DNA of 64,000 bases from Alphaproteobacteria bacterium (GCA_021774625.1 JAJFIV010000027.1:210566-274565); one strand, 5' to 3'; shown: positions 20,370 through 28,612, counted from the stretch's first letter. The notes: generated from the letters alone by a model not told the origin. Made by a program: numbers and translations.

Positions 20370-21020
20370 CTATTTCTGGTTATGCAGCCACCAGGCAGTT
20401 TCGTTAATCGAGTAAATGGGCCGGTAATGGAAGATTTTTTCGTGATGCACGACCTGGGTGATCTGATTGTCCAAAATCATCCGGCCGCCTTCCGTCTCGA
20501 CCATTAGAACCGCATGGGCGACACCGAGATTTTCATCCTGAAGAACAACGATCCGCATGGCTTCGGCATCTACACCCAATTGCTTGAGAGTAAGGTATTT
20601 CGCGATAGCATAGTCTTCGCAATCCCCATCCTTGTGGAAAAACTCAGCCGGTGTTGCCCAATAGTCGGCAAGATTCCAGTTGATAGGATCGGTGATATAG
20701 GGAGCTTCGTTAAAAAAACTGTTTACGGCGCTTAATTGTTCCGCAAGCGGCCGGTCAGCCATATCGGCCAGCAATGCGCGCCATTCTTCCCGTTTGCAGC
20801 GGAACAGGGGGTTGGGCTTGCAGGCGCCGGACTGGAGAACCGCGCCTTGCGGCTGATTGCGGTGCCGGTCCAGCATTTCCAGCCATTTGGTGAAGGCCTG
20901 CATCTGCTCGCTGCGGATTTCGGAATAACCGAAAATCTGGTTTTCAACGGCAGAGACGCTTCCGGCGAAACCCAGATTCATGTTAAGAAATATGCTAATT
21001 ATCAGGAAATAATAACGCAA
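20370..21020 (-). CDS. periplasmic transglutaminase-like cysteine protease (BTLCP / LapG family, peptidase C93)
   Basis: 216 aa with a signal peptide (IISIFLNMNLGFAGSVSA). Catalytic motifs: GDCEDYAIAKY (Cys), HAVLMV (His), ILDNQ (Asp). Confidence 0.85.
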   Translation of the reverse strand: MRYYFLIISIFLNMNLGFAGSVSAVENQIFGYSEIRSEQMQAFTKWLEMLDRHRNQPQGAVLQSGACKPNPLFRCKREEWRALLADMADRPLAEQLSAVNSFFNEAPYITDPINWNLADYWATPAEFFHKDGDCEDYAIAKYLTLKQLGVDAEAMRIVVLQDENLGVAHAVLMVETEGGRMILDNQITQVVHHEKIFHYRPIYSINETAWWLHNQK

Positions 21021-21064
21021 AAAAACCTGCCCGGTTTGTGTTGAGCCGCAGATAACATTTACAA

Positions 21065-21095
21065 ATGATGGGTTAATGAGGCATTAACCCATCAT
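21065..21095. promoter_or_regulatory. perfect 14-bp inverted repeat (ATGATGGGTTAATG-AGG-CATTAACCCATCAT) in a divergent promoter region
   Basis: Read directly. The arms are 21065-21078 and 21082-21095. It lies between the divergent starts at 21020 (-) and 21140/21194 (+), so it is not a terminator for either gene. Confidence 0.4.
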
Positions 21096-21139
21096 CATGC
21101 AGACCAGTATTTCGCACATCACATTTTGGGGAACGGGCC

Positions 21140-23248
21140 TTGCCTAAAAAATCACAGCCACAGACCGTCAAGATAACCCGACGGGATAAAGCCATGCTGT
21201 CCATTGATCTCGGTCTACTGGCCGTTCTGACGCTGGCCGGGCTTTTTGCCGTTTTTCGTCTTGCCGATTCGGAGCGCGAACGCGATATAGAGGCGTGGCA
21301 GGTCCAGCTGGGTCTGGTGGCGGAAAGTCGGGGAGCAGCCGTTGCCAACTGGCTTGCGCAGCACCGGATGGCTGTCACCGGCCTTGCGGAAAATACCTCG
21401 GTCCGGCTTTATGCGACGGAACTTGCGGTTTCCGGCGTCGCCACGGCGGCGGAAGTTCAAAGTCAATATCTGTTCAGCCTTTTGGCGCTGACAGCGGACA
21501 GGGCCGGTTTCCGCAACCCGGTGAATAGGGCTGAAATACCGGCCAATGTGCCCCAGCAAGGGCGTGCCGGGCTTGCCATTCTCGGCGGCCAGGGCGAGAT
21601 TTGGGTGGCGACGCCGGGTCTGCCCGCCTTGCAGGCCGTCCTGCCGCATCTGGATGCTAAGCAGGTCACGGTGCGCGGTGACCTTTTGCTTGACGGCGAG
21701 CCGGCGCTCGCGATTGCCGCGCCTGTTTTTGGCGTCCAGTCCGATCCTGCAACGGATGATGCCATCGGCTGGGTTATCGGCATCAAAACCCTGGATGCCG
21801 GCCTTTTCGAAGCCTTGCGTCAGCCCGGCGAAGTCAATAAAAGCGCCGACAATTATCTCGTCCAGCCACGGGGGGACGGAGTTCAACATTTAACGCCGCT
21901 TTCCTCTGCGGCAGACAATATTCCCGCCGACACTCTGGCCCTGGATGCGGCGGCCCTTTATGCGGTGAAAAATCCCGGCGCCATGGCAACCCGCAAGGAT
22001 TATGCGGGCCGGGAGGTTCTGGTGACCGGGAGAAAAGCGGTGGATGATGTCGGCTGGATTGTGGTGCGGACCGTTGCCACCGGTGAAGCGCTGGGTGAGA
22101 TTGACACAAGGCGCAATACGCTTTTGATCATACTCGGCCTTGCGGTTCTGTCCGTTGCGGCCGTTATCCTGATGATCTGGCGGCACAGCGCATCGGTGCG
22201 GGCGACTGCGGTGGCTGAAGAACAGGCGGCGGCTGCGCGCCGGATGGCGGATCTCAGCGGCTTCCTGAAAATTGTGACCGACAGCCAGCCGACAGCCATA
22301 TCAGCCATCGGCGCGGATGGCAGGCTGACCTTCGCAAACCGCAAGGCCGGCGAGGAAGCCGGCGCCAATCCGGAGAATTTGATCGGCAAGCCCCTGGAAG
22401 GTGTTTTTGGCCCGGTCCGGGCTAAGATACTGGAGCCCGGCAACCGGGAAGCCTTTGGCGGTAGGGCATATACCCAGACCTACCGCCTGACCGCGGACGG
22501 CAAAGAAAGATCCATAAAGACCGATCATATTCCCCTGACCCGGGACGCCGCACAGGATGAAAGCCATGTAATATCCTCCATTCTGCTTGTGGAGGAAGAT
22601 ATTACGGCGCTGGTGGAAGTCAGGAAAAAACGGGAACGCACACTGCGCGGGCTGGTGAAAACTCTGGCGCAATTGATTGATGCCCGGGACCCATACAGCG
22701 CCCATCATTCCATGCGGGTGGCGGACGCAGCCGAGTGTGTTGCCCGCGAAATGAAGCTTTCCGATAATGAAACGGAAACAGTTGAGATCGCCGCAACCTT
22801 GATGAATCTGGGCAAAATTGCCATCCCCATCGATCTTCTGACCCGCCCCGGCTCTTTATCGGCCGATGAAAAAAGCCAGGTGCGGGAGCATATCGCCGAA
22901 AGCGCCTCCCTGGTTGAAAGCCTGGAATTTGACGGCCCCGTTGCCGCGACTCTGAGACAGGCCCAGGAACATTGGGACGGCAGCGGTGTTCCGCAAGGCC
23001 TGAAAGGCGAGGATATTTTGGTAACGGCCCGCATCCTGGCGGTCGCCAATGCTTTTGTCGCCATGACAAGCGCCCGGGCCCACAGAAAAAGCATGAGCCT
23101 TGATGATGCCGGGGCCGCTTTGCTGCAGGATGCCGGGAAGATTTATGACCGCGGGCCGGTTATGGCCCTGCTCAATTATATCGAGAATGAAGGCGGACGG
23201 GCGCGCTGGTCCGGCTGGGGAAAGCCTGCCCCTAATAACCGCCGGTGA
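21140..23248 (+). CDS. membrane sensor: periplasmic Cache-like domain, PAS, degenerate HD-GYP domain
   Basis: 702 aa (TTG 21140, or ATG 21194). TM1 is LSIDLGLLAVLTLAGLFAVF, followed by a ~290-aa periplasmic part and TM2 LLIILGLAVLSVAAVILMIW. A PAS-like segment (AISAIGADGRLTFANRKAGE...LIGKPLEGVF) follows. The HD-GYP-type domain is recognisable from ARDPYSAHHSMRVA and HWDGSGVPQGL, but it reads LMNLGK instead of LHDIGK. Confidence 0.8.
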   Translation: MPKKSQPQTVKITRRDKAMLSIDLGLLAVLTLAGLFAVFRLADSERERDIEAWQVQLGLVAESRGAAVANWLAQHRMAVTGLAENTSVRLYATELAVSGVATAAEVQSQYLFSLLALTADRAGFRNPVNRAEIPANVPQQGRAGLAILGGQGEIWVATPGLPALQAVLPHLDAKQVTVRGDLLLDGEPALAIAAPVFGVQSDPATDDAIGWVIGIKTLDAGLFEALRQPGEVNKSADNYLVQPRGDGVQHLTPLSSAADNIPADTLALDAAALYAVKNPGAMATRKDYAGREVLVTGRKAVDDVGWIVVRTVATGEALGEIDTRRNTLLIILGLAVLSVAAVILMIWRHSASVRATAVAEEQAAAARRMADLSGFLKIVTDSQPTAISAIGADGRLTFANRKAGEEAGANPENLIGKPLEGVFGPVRAKILEPGNREAFGGRAYTQTYRLTADGKERSIKTDHIPLTRDAAQDESHVISSILLVEEDITALVEVRKKRERTLRGLVKTLAQLIDARDPYSAHHSMRVADAAECVAREMKLSDNETETVEIAATLMNLGKIAIPIDLLTRPGSLSADEKSQVREHIAESASLVESLEFDGPVAATLRQAQEHWDGSGVPQGLKGEDILVTARILAVANAFVAMTSARAHRKSMSLDDAGAALLQDAGKIYDRGPVMALLNYIENEGGRARWSGWGKPAPNNRR

Positions 23249-23720
23249 CGGCAGTCCCGTATCTTTGTTTCTGAAGCCGGGCGGCGGCCTTTCTGCCAAA
23301 CCGCAGAATCTCTGCCCGCCGGCGGCTGCTGTGGATGGCGGCTTCCCGTGCGTGGCGGACAATTCCGGCATTGAACCGGTCGCCAACAATGATCCCGCTG
23401 CGCTCGGGCAGGGCAGCCGGCTCATCCAAAACGATGCGCGGAAAATCCGCTGAAACACCAAAATAAAAAAGATCGCAATAGTCCAGATAGTCCGGCCATT
23501 TGTGATCCGCGCGAAAATCGGCGAGCGAGGTCTTGATCTCGACAATCGCGATTTTCCCGACGCGGTTCAGGCCGGCCAGATCCGCCCGCCTGCCGTTGCC
23601 AAGTTTAAACTCATCAAGGACGGAAAAGCCGAGGGAGAATAAAAATCGCCCGATGCCGCGGCAGAGATCCGCGGCGCTGGTTGCCGGTATATCCCTATGA
23701 TGTGTCTTGCCTTCGTGCAT
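23232..23720 (-). CDS. MmcB-like PD-(D/E)xK nuclease (DNA-damage tolerance)
   Basis: ORF 23232..23852. The likely start is M45 (MHEGKTHH). The core GRRADLAGLNRVGKIAIVEIKTSLADFRADHKWPDYLDYCDLFYF matches my recollection of the MmcB family. An SOS box lies upstream. Confidence 0.6.
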   Translation of the reverse strand: MHEGKTHHRDIPATSAADLCRGIGRFLFSLGFSVLDEFKLGNGRRADLAGLNRVGKIAIVEIKTSLADFRADHKWPDYLDYCDLFYFGVSADFPRIVLDEPAALPERSGIIVGDRFNAGIVRHAREAAIHSSRRRAEILRFGRKAAARLQKQRYGTAVTGGY

Positions 23721-23763
23721 CGCAGGAGCATAAACGCGGCACCAAGAAAGAATCAAGAAAATA

Positions 23764-23778
23764 GAACAAATAAAGAAC
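23764..23778 (-). promoter_or_regulatory. alphaproteobacterial LexA (SOS) box, GTTC-N7-GTTC
   Basis: The plus strand reads GAAC-AAATAAA-GAAC at 23764-23778, which is GTTC-N7-GTTC on the gene strand. It lies 44-58 nt upstream of the MmcB-like ATG (23720). Confidence 0.55.
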
Positions 23779-24195
23779 TTATGCGGTTTGCAGCGCGTCT
23801 TCGACAATAGTTTGCAGCCGGGCGACCAGTTTTTCACCGCTTTCGCCGCCATTGCCGGTGATCCGGTTGGAAAGAACGGTGTCCATGGATTTCAGATGGG
23901 CTTCGATGACCTGATCCGCCGGGCGGGCGTTCTGCCCGAGAGACCGCAGATAAAGACAGAAGGACGTGCCGGCCGCCGTCATCAAAGGAAACCCGAAACT
24001 TGTGCCCATGCCTTTGATATTGTGGGCCACGCTATGCATGGTTTCCACAAAAGCCTCAGCATCGCCGCCATTGGCGGAAAAATCCGCAAAAGCCGCCTTC
24101 AAATCGCCAAGAGACTCTTCTGTCCATTGCAGATAGTAGGCCATCAGATCGTCCGTATCCGAACCAACGGGCTGATCGTCTGAATTCATCGCCAT
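23779..24195 (-). CDS. single-domain Hpt (histidine phosphotransfer) protein
   Basis: 138 aa, all-helical, with the phospho-His motif MHSVAHNIKGMGTSFG. Confidence 0.7.
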   Translation of the reverse strand: MAMNSDDQPVGSDTDDLMAYYLQWTEESLGDLKAAFADFSANGGDAEAFVETMHSVAHNIKGMGTSFGFPLMTAAGTSFCLYLRSLGQNARPADQVIEAHLKSMDTVLSNRITGNGGESGEKLVARLQTIVEDALQTA

Positions 24196-24306
24196 AGCGC
24201 TCCGCGATATTTTCTGTAATAATGGTCCATCTTACCCGACCAAGGGTTAAGAAAAGCTTGTTGTTTCACAGGTCGGCCTGCCCGGCGCCAAGATCAACCG
24301 TGTGCC

Positions 24307-25701
24307 ATGAAACAGGAAAATAAAAGCCTCCCGCCGGCTTTTCTCGACAGCCTCGAAAAACGGTTTACCGGGACTTTTTCCCTGTCGCAGGCCGTGCGGG
24401 AGCGGCATGGCGGGGGCGAGGGTTATTATCCGCCGCAGGCGCCCGATGCCGTTCTTTTTGCCCGAAATGAAGCGGATGTTATGGATGCGGTCCGGCTGTG
24501 CCACGACTCTCTGGTGCCGGTGATTGCCTATGGGGCCGGAACCTCGGTTGAAGATCAGCTGCAGGCAACCCGGGGCGGGCTTTCCATTGATCTTTCAGGG
24601 ATGAACCGGATCCTTGATGTGCGCCCCGGCGATCTCGACTGCACAGTTGAAGCCGGGGTGACCCGGTTGCAGCTCAACAGTTATTTGCGCGATACGGGAC
24701 TTTTCTTCCCGATTGATCCCGGGGCCGATGCGACCCTTGGCGGCATGGCGGCGACGGGAGCGTCGGGGACCAATGCGGTCCGCTACGGCACCATGCGTGA
24801 AAATGTCCTGGGCCTGAAGGCCGTAACGGCGGCGGGCGAAGTGATCCGGACAGGCACGCGAGCCCGGAAATCGTCCGCCGGTTATGATCTGACCCGTCTC
24901 CTGATCGGCTCGGAAGGAACGCTTGCCATTATCACGGAGCTGCATCTCAGGCTTTACGGGATCCCGGAAACCATGCGGGCGGCCGTGTGCGCGTTCGGTG
25001 ATCTTAAGGGAGCGGTTGATACGGTGATCGCCATTATCCAGACAGGCATCCCCATTGCCCGGATTGAGCTTCTGGACGATGTGATGATGCAGGCTGTCAG
25101 CCAGTATTCAAAGCTTGACTATCCGGCAAGCCAGACACTGTTTTTTGAATTTCACGGGTCGCCGCGGAGCGTTCAGGAACAGGTGGAATTAAGTGAAAAT
25201 ATTGCGTTGGAAAAAGGCGGCAGGGATTTCCAGTGGGCAGCGCGCGCGGAAGACCGTAATCGCCTGTGGCAGGCTCGCCATGACGCGGCCTATGCGGCCA
25301 AGGCGCTGCGCCCCGGCGGGCTTTTCTGGTCAACGGATGTCTGTGTTCCCATCTCCCGCCTTGCCGAATGCATTCTGGAGACAAAAGAGGATTTGCGGAA
25401 ATCCCCGGTGCCGGCGCCGATTGTCGGTCACGTGGGCGACGGGAATTTTCACGTTCTCTTTGTGCTGGACCCTGAAAACCCCGACGAATTGCGGACGGCG
25501 AAACAACTGAATGAACGGCTGGTGGCCCGGGCCATTGCGATGGACGGCACGTCAACCGGTGAACATGGCGTGGGCCTCGCCAAACGCCGGGCTTTGCAGG
25601 ATCAGTTTGATCCGGCGACACTCGGTGTGATGCGGCGGCTTAAGGAAGCGCTTGACCCCGCAGCCATATTAAACCCCGATAAAATTCTTTTTAACGGTTG
25701 A
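24307..25701 (+). CDS. FAD-linked oxidase (D-lactate dehydrogenase / GlcD-like)
   Basis: 464 aa with an FAD_binding_4-type N-half (VIAYGAGTSVEDQ, GMAATGASG) and a C-terminal GEHGVGLAKR motif. Confidence 0.85.
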   Translation: MKQENKSLPPAFLDSLEKRFTGTFSLSQAVRERHGGGEGYYPPQAPDAVLFARNEADVMDAVRLCHDSLVPVIAYGAGTSVEDQLQATRGGLSIDLSGMNRILDVRPGDLDCTVEAGVTRLQLNSYLRDTGLFFPIDPGADATLGGMAATGASGTNAVRYGTMRENVLGLKAVTAAGEVIRTGTRARKSSAGYDLTRLLIGSEGTLAIITELHLRLYGIPETMRAAVCAFGDLKGAVDTVIAIIQTGIPIARIELLDDVMMQAVSQYSKLDYPASQTLFFEFHGSPRSVQEQVELSENIALEKGGRDFQWAARAEDRNRLWQARHDAAYAAKALRPGGLFWSTDVCVPISRLAECILETKEDLRKSPVPAPIVGHVGDGNFHVLFVLDPENPDELRTAKQLNERLVARAIAMDGTSTGEHGVGLAKRRALQDQFDPATLGVMRRLKEALDPAAILNPDKILFNG

Positions 25702-25707
25702 TCAGGA

Positions 25708-26547
25708 TTATCTGACTTCGAAAAGCTTCACGCCATAATCACGATAGAGAATGGCGGTGATGATAATGGGGAAAATCCGCCTTTTCCCGTGCCTGCCGCG
25801 AACGATAAAAACTCCGTCCGGATGCTGGAAAATATCGGGCAGAATTTCTTTGCTTTCGGTCAGCAGATCATCCTTGTCACTGCTGGAAAACCGCGAATTT
25901 CTTGGCGCCTTTACCGGTTTTTCCTGCTTCGTCCCGATCCATTTCCAGATGAAGAAAACGCCGATCAGCAAAGCGCCGATAACAAAGATATTGATCGCCA
26001 GACTGGCAATGATCCAGGGTGATATGGGCGGGCGGGCGGGCATGGGAACAGCCTGCGGCTCTTTTTCGGCTTCGCGCGGCTGATCCGTTTGATACTCGGC
26101 AACAACCACCTCCTCACTTTGCAAGGTGACAACCGGTCCGTCGGTAACGGAAAAAGAGGCCAGCATGCCATCGCCGCCATATACAGATAAAAAGCCGTTA
26201 TTGGCGACAGTAATGCCGAAGATGGGCCGCCCCGGGCACTTGGCTTTGATCACCACACGGTTCGGCTGTTCGAGAAAAACCTGATAATCGGCCACCCGCT
26301 CACAGAGTCTGCGGGAAACAATCAGCGCTTCCTTCAGATAAGCGGCAATCTGCCGGCTTTCAAATTTCAGGGTTATGGCGGCAAACAGGTCTGTCGCGAT
26401 GCTTGCCTTGTCACGGGGCACAGCCAGACTCTCCTGGATCGGCGCAGCAGAAACGGAGTGTCCTGCCAAAATCCATGCCAGAAACAATAAAGACCAAGCA
26501 GCAATGGGCGAGCGATTACCGCGCACCATAGACCGTCCCTTCTGCAA
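25708..26547 (-). CDS. hypothetical bitopic membrane protein (exported N-domain, TM, ~80-aa cytoplasmic tail)
   Basis: 279 aa. It has a signal peptide (AAWSLLFLAWILAGHSVSA), a Pro-rich linker and a TM (WIIASLAINIFVIGALLIGVFFIW). I recognise no family. Confidence 0.5.
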   Translation of the reverse strand: MQKGRSMVRGNRSPIAAWSLLFLAWILAGHSVSAAPIQESLAVPRDKASIATDLFAAITLKFESRQIAAYLKEALIVSRRLCERVADYQVFLEQPNRVVIKAKCPGRPIFGITVANNGFLSVYGGDGMLASFSVTDGPVVTLQSEEVVVAEYQTDQPREAEKEPQAVPMPARPPISPWIIASLAINIFVIGALLIGVFFIWKWIGTKQEKPVKAPRNSRFSSSDKDDLLTESKEILPDIFQHPDGVFIVRGRHGKRRIFPIIITAILYRDYGVKLFEVR

Positions 26548-26658
26548 CCTCCCGAGCGATAGCCTGTTTTAATTATATTAAGGTAGAAGCTATCCGAAAA
26601 TCATCGGAACCGTATAGAATTTTTTTAAAGTTTTCGTTACGACGGGCTTTTTAAAGGA

Positions 26659-26690
26659 CTGAAGCCGCCCCAGGGAAAAGGCGGCTTCAG
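26659..26690 (+). other. terminator-like hairpin with no upstream gene (CTGAAGCCGCC-N10-GGCGGCTTCAG followed by ATTTTG)
   Basis: Read directly. It lies inside the 293-nt divergent intergenic region between the starts at 26547 (-) and 26841 (+). Confidence 0.3.
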
Positions 26691-26840
26691 ATTTTGCAGT
26701 CAAAGGGAGCTATATAAGCTGTATCAACAACTGAAGTTTGGGCCGGAAAGAATTAAAATTTGGTTAACAATGAGCGGCATTGTATAAATATCTCCGGGGA
26801 GCGTTTTCGGGTTGGCGCTGATAGAACAGGGAGAAATAAA

Positions 26841-28322
26841 ATGCGTCGCATTTCTGATCGGGAGGGGACACGGCTCCCCATCAAAATCGATTCCACATCC
26901 AATGGCGAGTTTATTCCAAAACCGCTGGAAAAGCGCAATAAAATCGCCAATGCGCTTGCCCATGAGCAGGCCGGCGAACTTGCAAAATATATTGGCCTCG
27001 ACCGCCGTTCCTTTCTGGTTTCCGCCTGTGGCGCCGCGTCGACGCTTATTGCCATTAATAAGGTGAATGCAGCGGCCGGTAAAACCGGCGGGTTTTTCAA
27101 TGTGGCGAATGATGCGGCTTTCGACCATCACCTGGCGGGGGAAAATCTTGGCAAGAAAGAATTTATTTTTGATATCCAGGGTCATTACGTCAACCCGATG
27201 GGCGCCTGGCTTAAAGGCATGCCCGCCGGGGCGCGGCCTCTTGCCAGCCTTCCCAATGCCAGCTGCGACCATGGGATGCCGGACGATGACAGGGGTTATC
27301 TCCATTGCTTTTCCGCCGAAAGTTTCATCAAGGATGTCTTCCTCGATTCCGATACCGATATGATGGTGCTGTCCTTCGTGCCCTCGCGCCGCAATGCCGA
27401 ACCGCTGACCATAGAGGAAGCCGCCGCGACCCGCGCCATTATCGATGAAATGGAAGGCGATCACCGGCTTCTGATCCATGGCCGGGTCAATCCCAATCAG
27501 GACGGCGATCTTGACGGCATGGATGAACTGGCGGAGCGCTGGGGCGTTTCCGCCTGGAAGACCTATACCCAATGGGGCCCGGACGGAAAGGGCTTCTATC
27601 TTTCGGACGAGGATACCGGCATTCCCTTTATCGAAAAAGCCAGGGCGCTCGGGATCAGGGTGATCTGCGTCCATAAGGGTCTCGCCTTCGGACCGCGGTC
27701 TTATGAGCATAGCCTGTGCACCGATATCGGCGTGGTTGCGAAGCGCTATCCGGACATGGATTTCATTGTCTATCATTCCGGTCTTGACACTAGTGTTCCG
27801 GAAACCGCGTTTGAGGCCGGCGCGGGCAAGGCCGGCATTGATGCGCTGGTCCAATCGGTGATCGATAATAATGTGGCGCCGGGCAGCAACGTTTATGCGG
27901 AGCTGGGATCCACCTGGCGTATGCTGATGCGGGACCCTGATCAGGCTGCTCATGGCATGGGGAAATTGTTTAAATATATCGGCGAAAACAATGTCCTGTG
28001 GGGTACCGATTCCATCTGGTATGGCTCACCGCAGGACCAGATTCAGGCCTTTCGCACCTTCGAGATTTCCGAAGAGTACCAGGAGCGTTTCGGCTATCCT
28101 GAAATCACCCCGGACTTGCGGGCGAAGGTGTTCGGCCTGAATGCAACCAAGCCCTATAAAATTAGTGCCGATGAAGTGAAAAAACGGGCCGCCCTGGATA
28201 GCCTGACGCGTAAAAAACAGGCTTATCTCGAAAGCCCGAACCCGCATTTTCAAACTTACGGTCCCAAAACCCGGCGCGAGTTTTTGAACCTCCTTCGCAA
28301 CAATGGCGGCGAGAGGGTATAG
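26841..28322 (+). CDS. amidohydrolase-family (TIM-barrel metal-dependent hydrolase) protein with internal twin-arginine-like motif
   Basis: ORF 26760..28322. The likely start is ATG 26841, with AGGGAGA 6 nt upstream. Motifs: LDRRSFLVSACGAASTLIAINKVNAA (Tat-like), HKGL, VYHSG, WGTDS. Confidence 0.7.
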   Translation: MRRISDREGTRLPIKIDSTSNGEFIPKPLEKRNKIANALAHEQAGELAKYIGLDRRSFLVSACGAASTLIAINKVNAAAGKTGGFFNVANDAAFDHHLAGENLGKKEFIFDIQGHYVNPMGAWLKGMPAGARPLASLPNASCDHGMPDDDRGYLHCFSAESFIKDVFLDSDTDMMVLSFVPSRRNAEPLTIEEAAATRAIIDEMEGDHRLLIHGRVNPNQDGDLDGMDELAERWGVSAWKTYTQWGPDGKGFYLSDEDTGIPFIEKARALGIRVICVHKGLAFGPRSYEHSLCTDIGVVAKRYPDMDFIVYHSGLDTSVPETAFEAGAGKAGIDALVQSVIDNNVAPGSNVYAELGSTWRMLMRDPDQAAHGMGKLFKYIGENNVLWGTDSIWYGSPQDQIQAFRTFEISEEYQERFGYPEITPDLRAKVFGLNATKPYKISADEVKKRAALDSLTRKKQAYLESPNPHFQTYGPKTRREFLNLLRNNGGERV

Positions 28323-28344
28323 CGTCCATAGGGCTGGCTGAACA

Positions 28345-28388
28345 CTGTCCGGATATGAACGCTCGTGTCCGCATCCGGACAGTTTTAT
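28345..28388 (+). terminator. rho-independent terminator candidate after the amidohydrolase gene
   Basis: CTGTCCGGAT-N18-ATCCGGACAG followed by TTTTAT. Confidence 0.5.
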
Positions 28389-28612
28389 GGACGATGCTTC
28401 CAGTTAGATTCCGCAATCCATTGAAAAGGAACAGCCTTTAAACTGGCACGGCTTGTGCTTGGTGCTCATTGTGCGCGATCCGGAAGAGGCCAATATGCTG
28501 TCGCCAGGCTTTCTTTCGGCCTTTTCCGGACCGACGCCATAGACCCCCCAGTGTATGTTTTCCCACAACAGGTTTACTCAAATAGGGGGATGGGCGATGT
28601 GCTCCACCCTCC

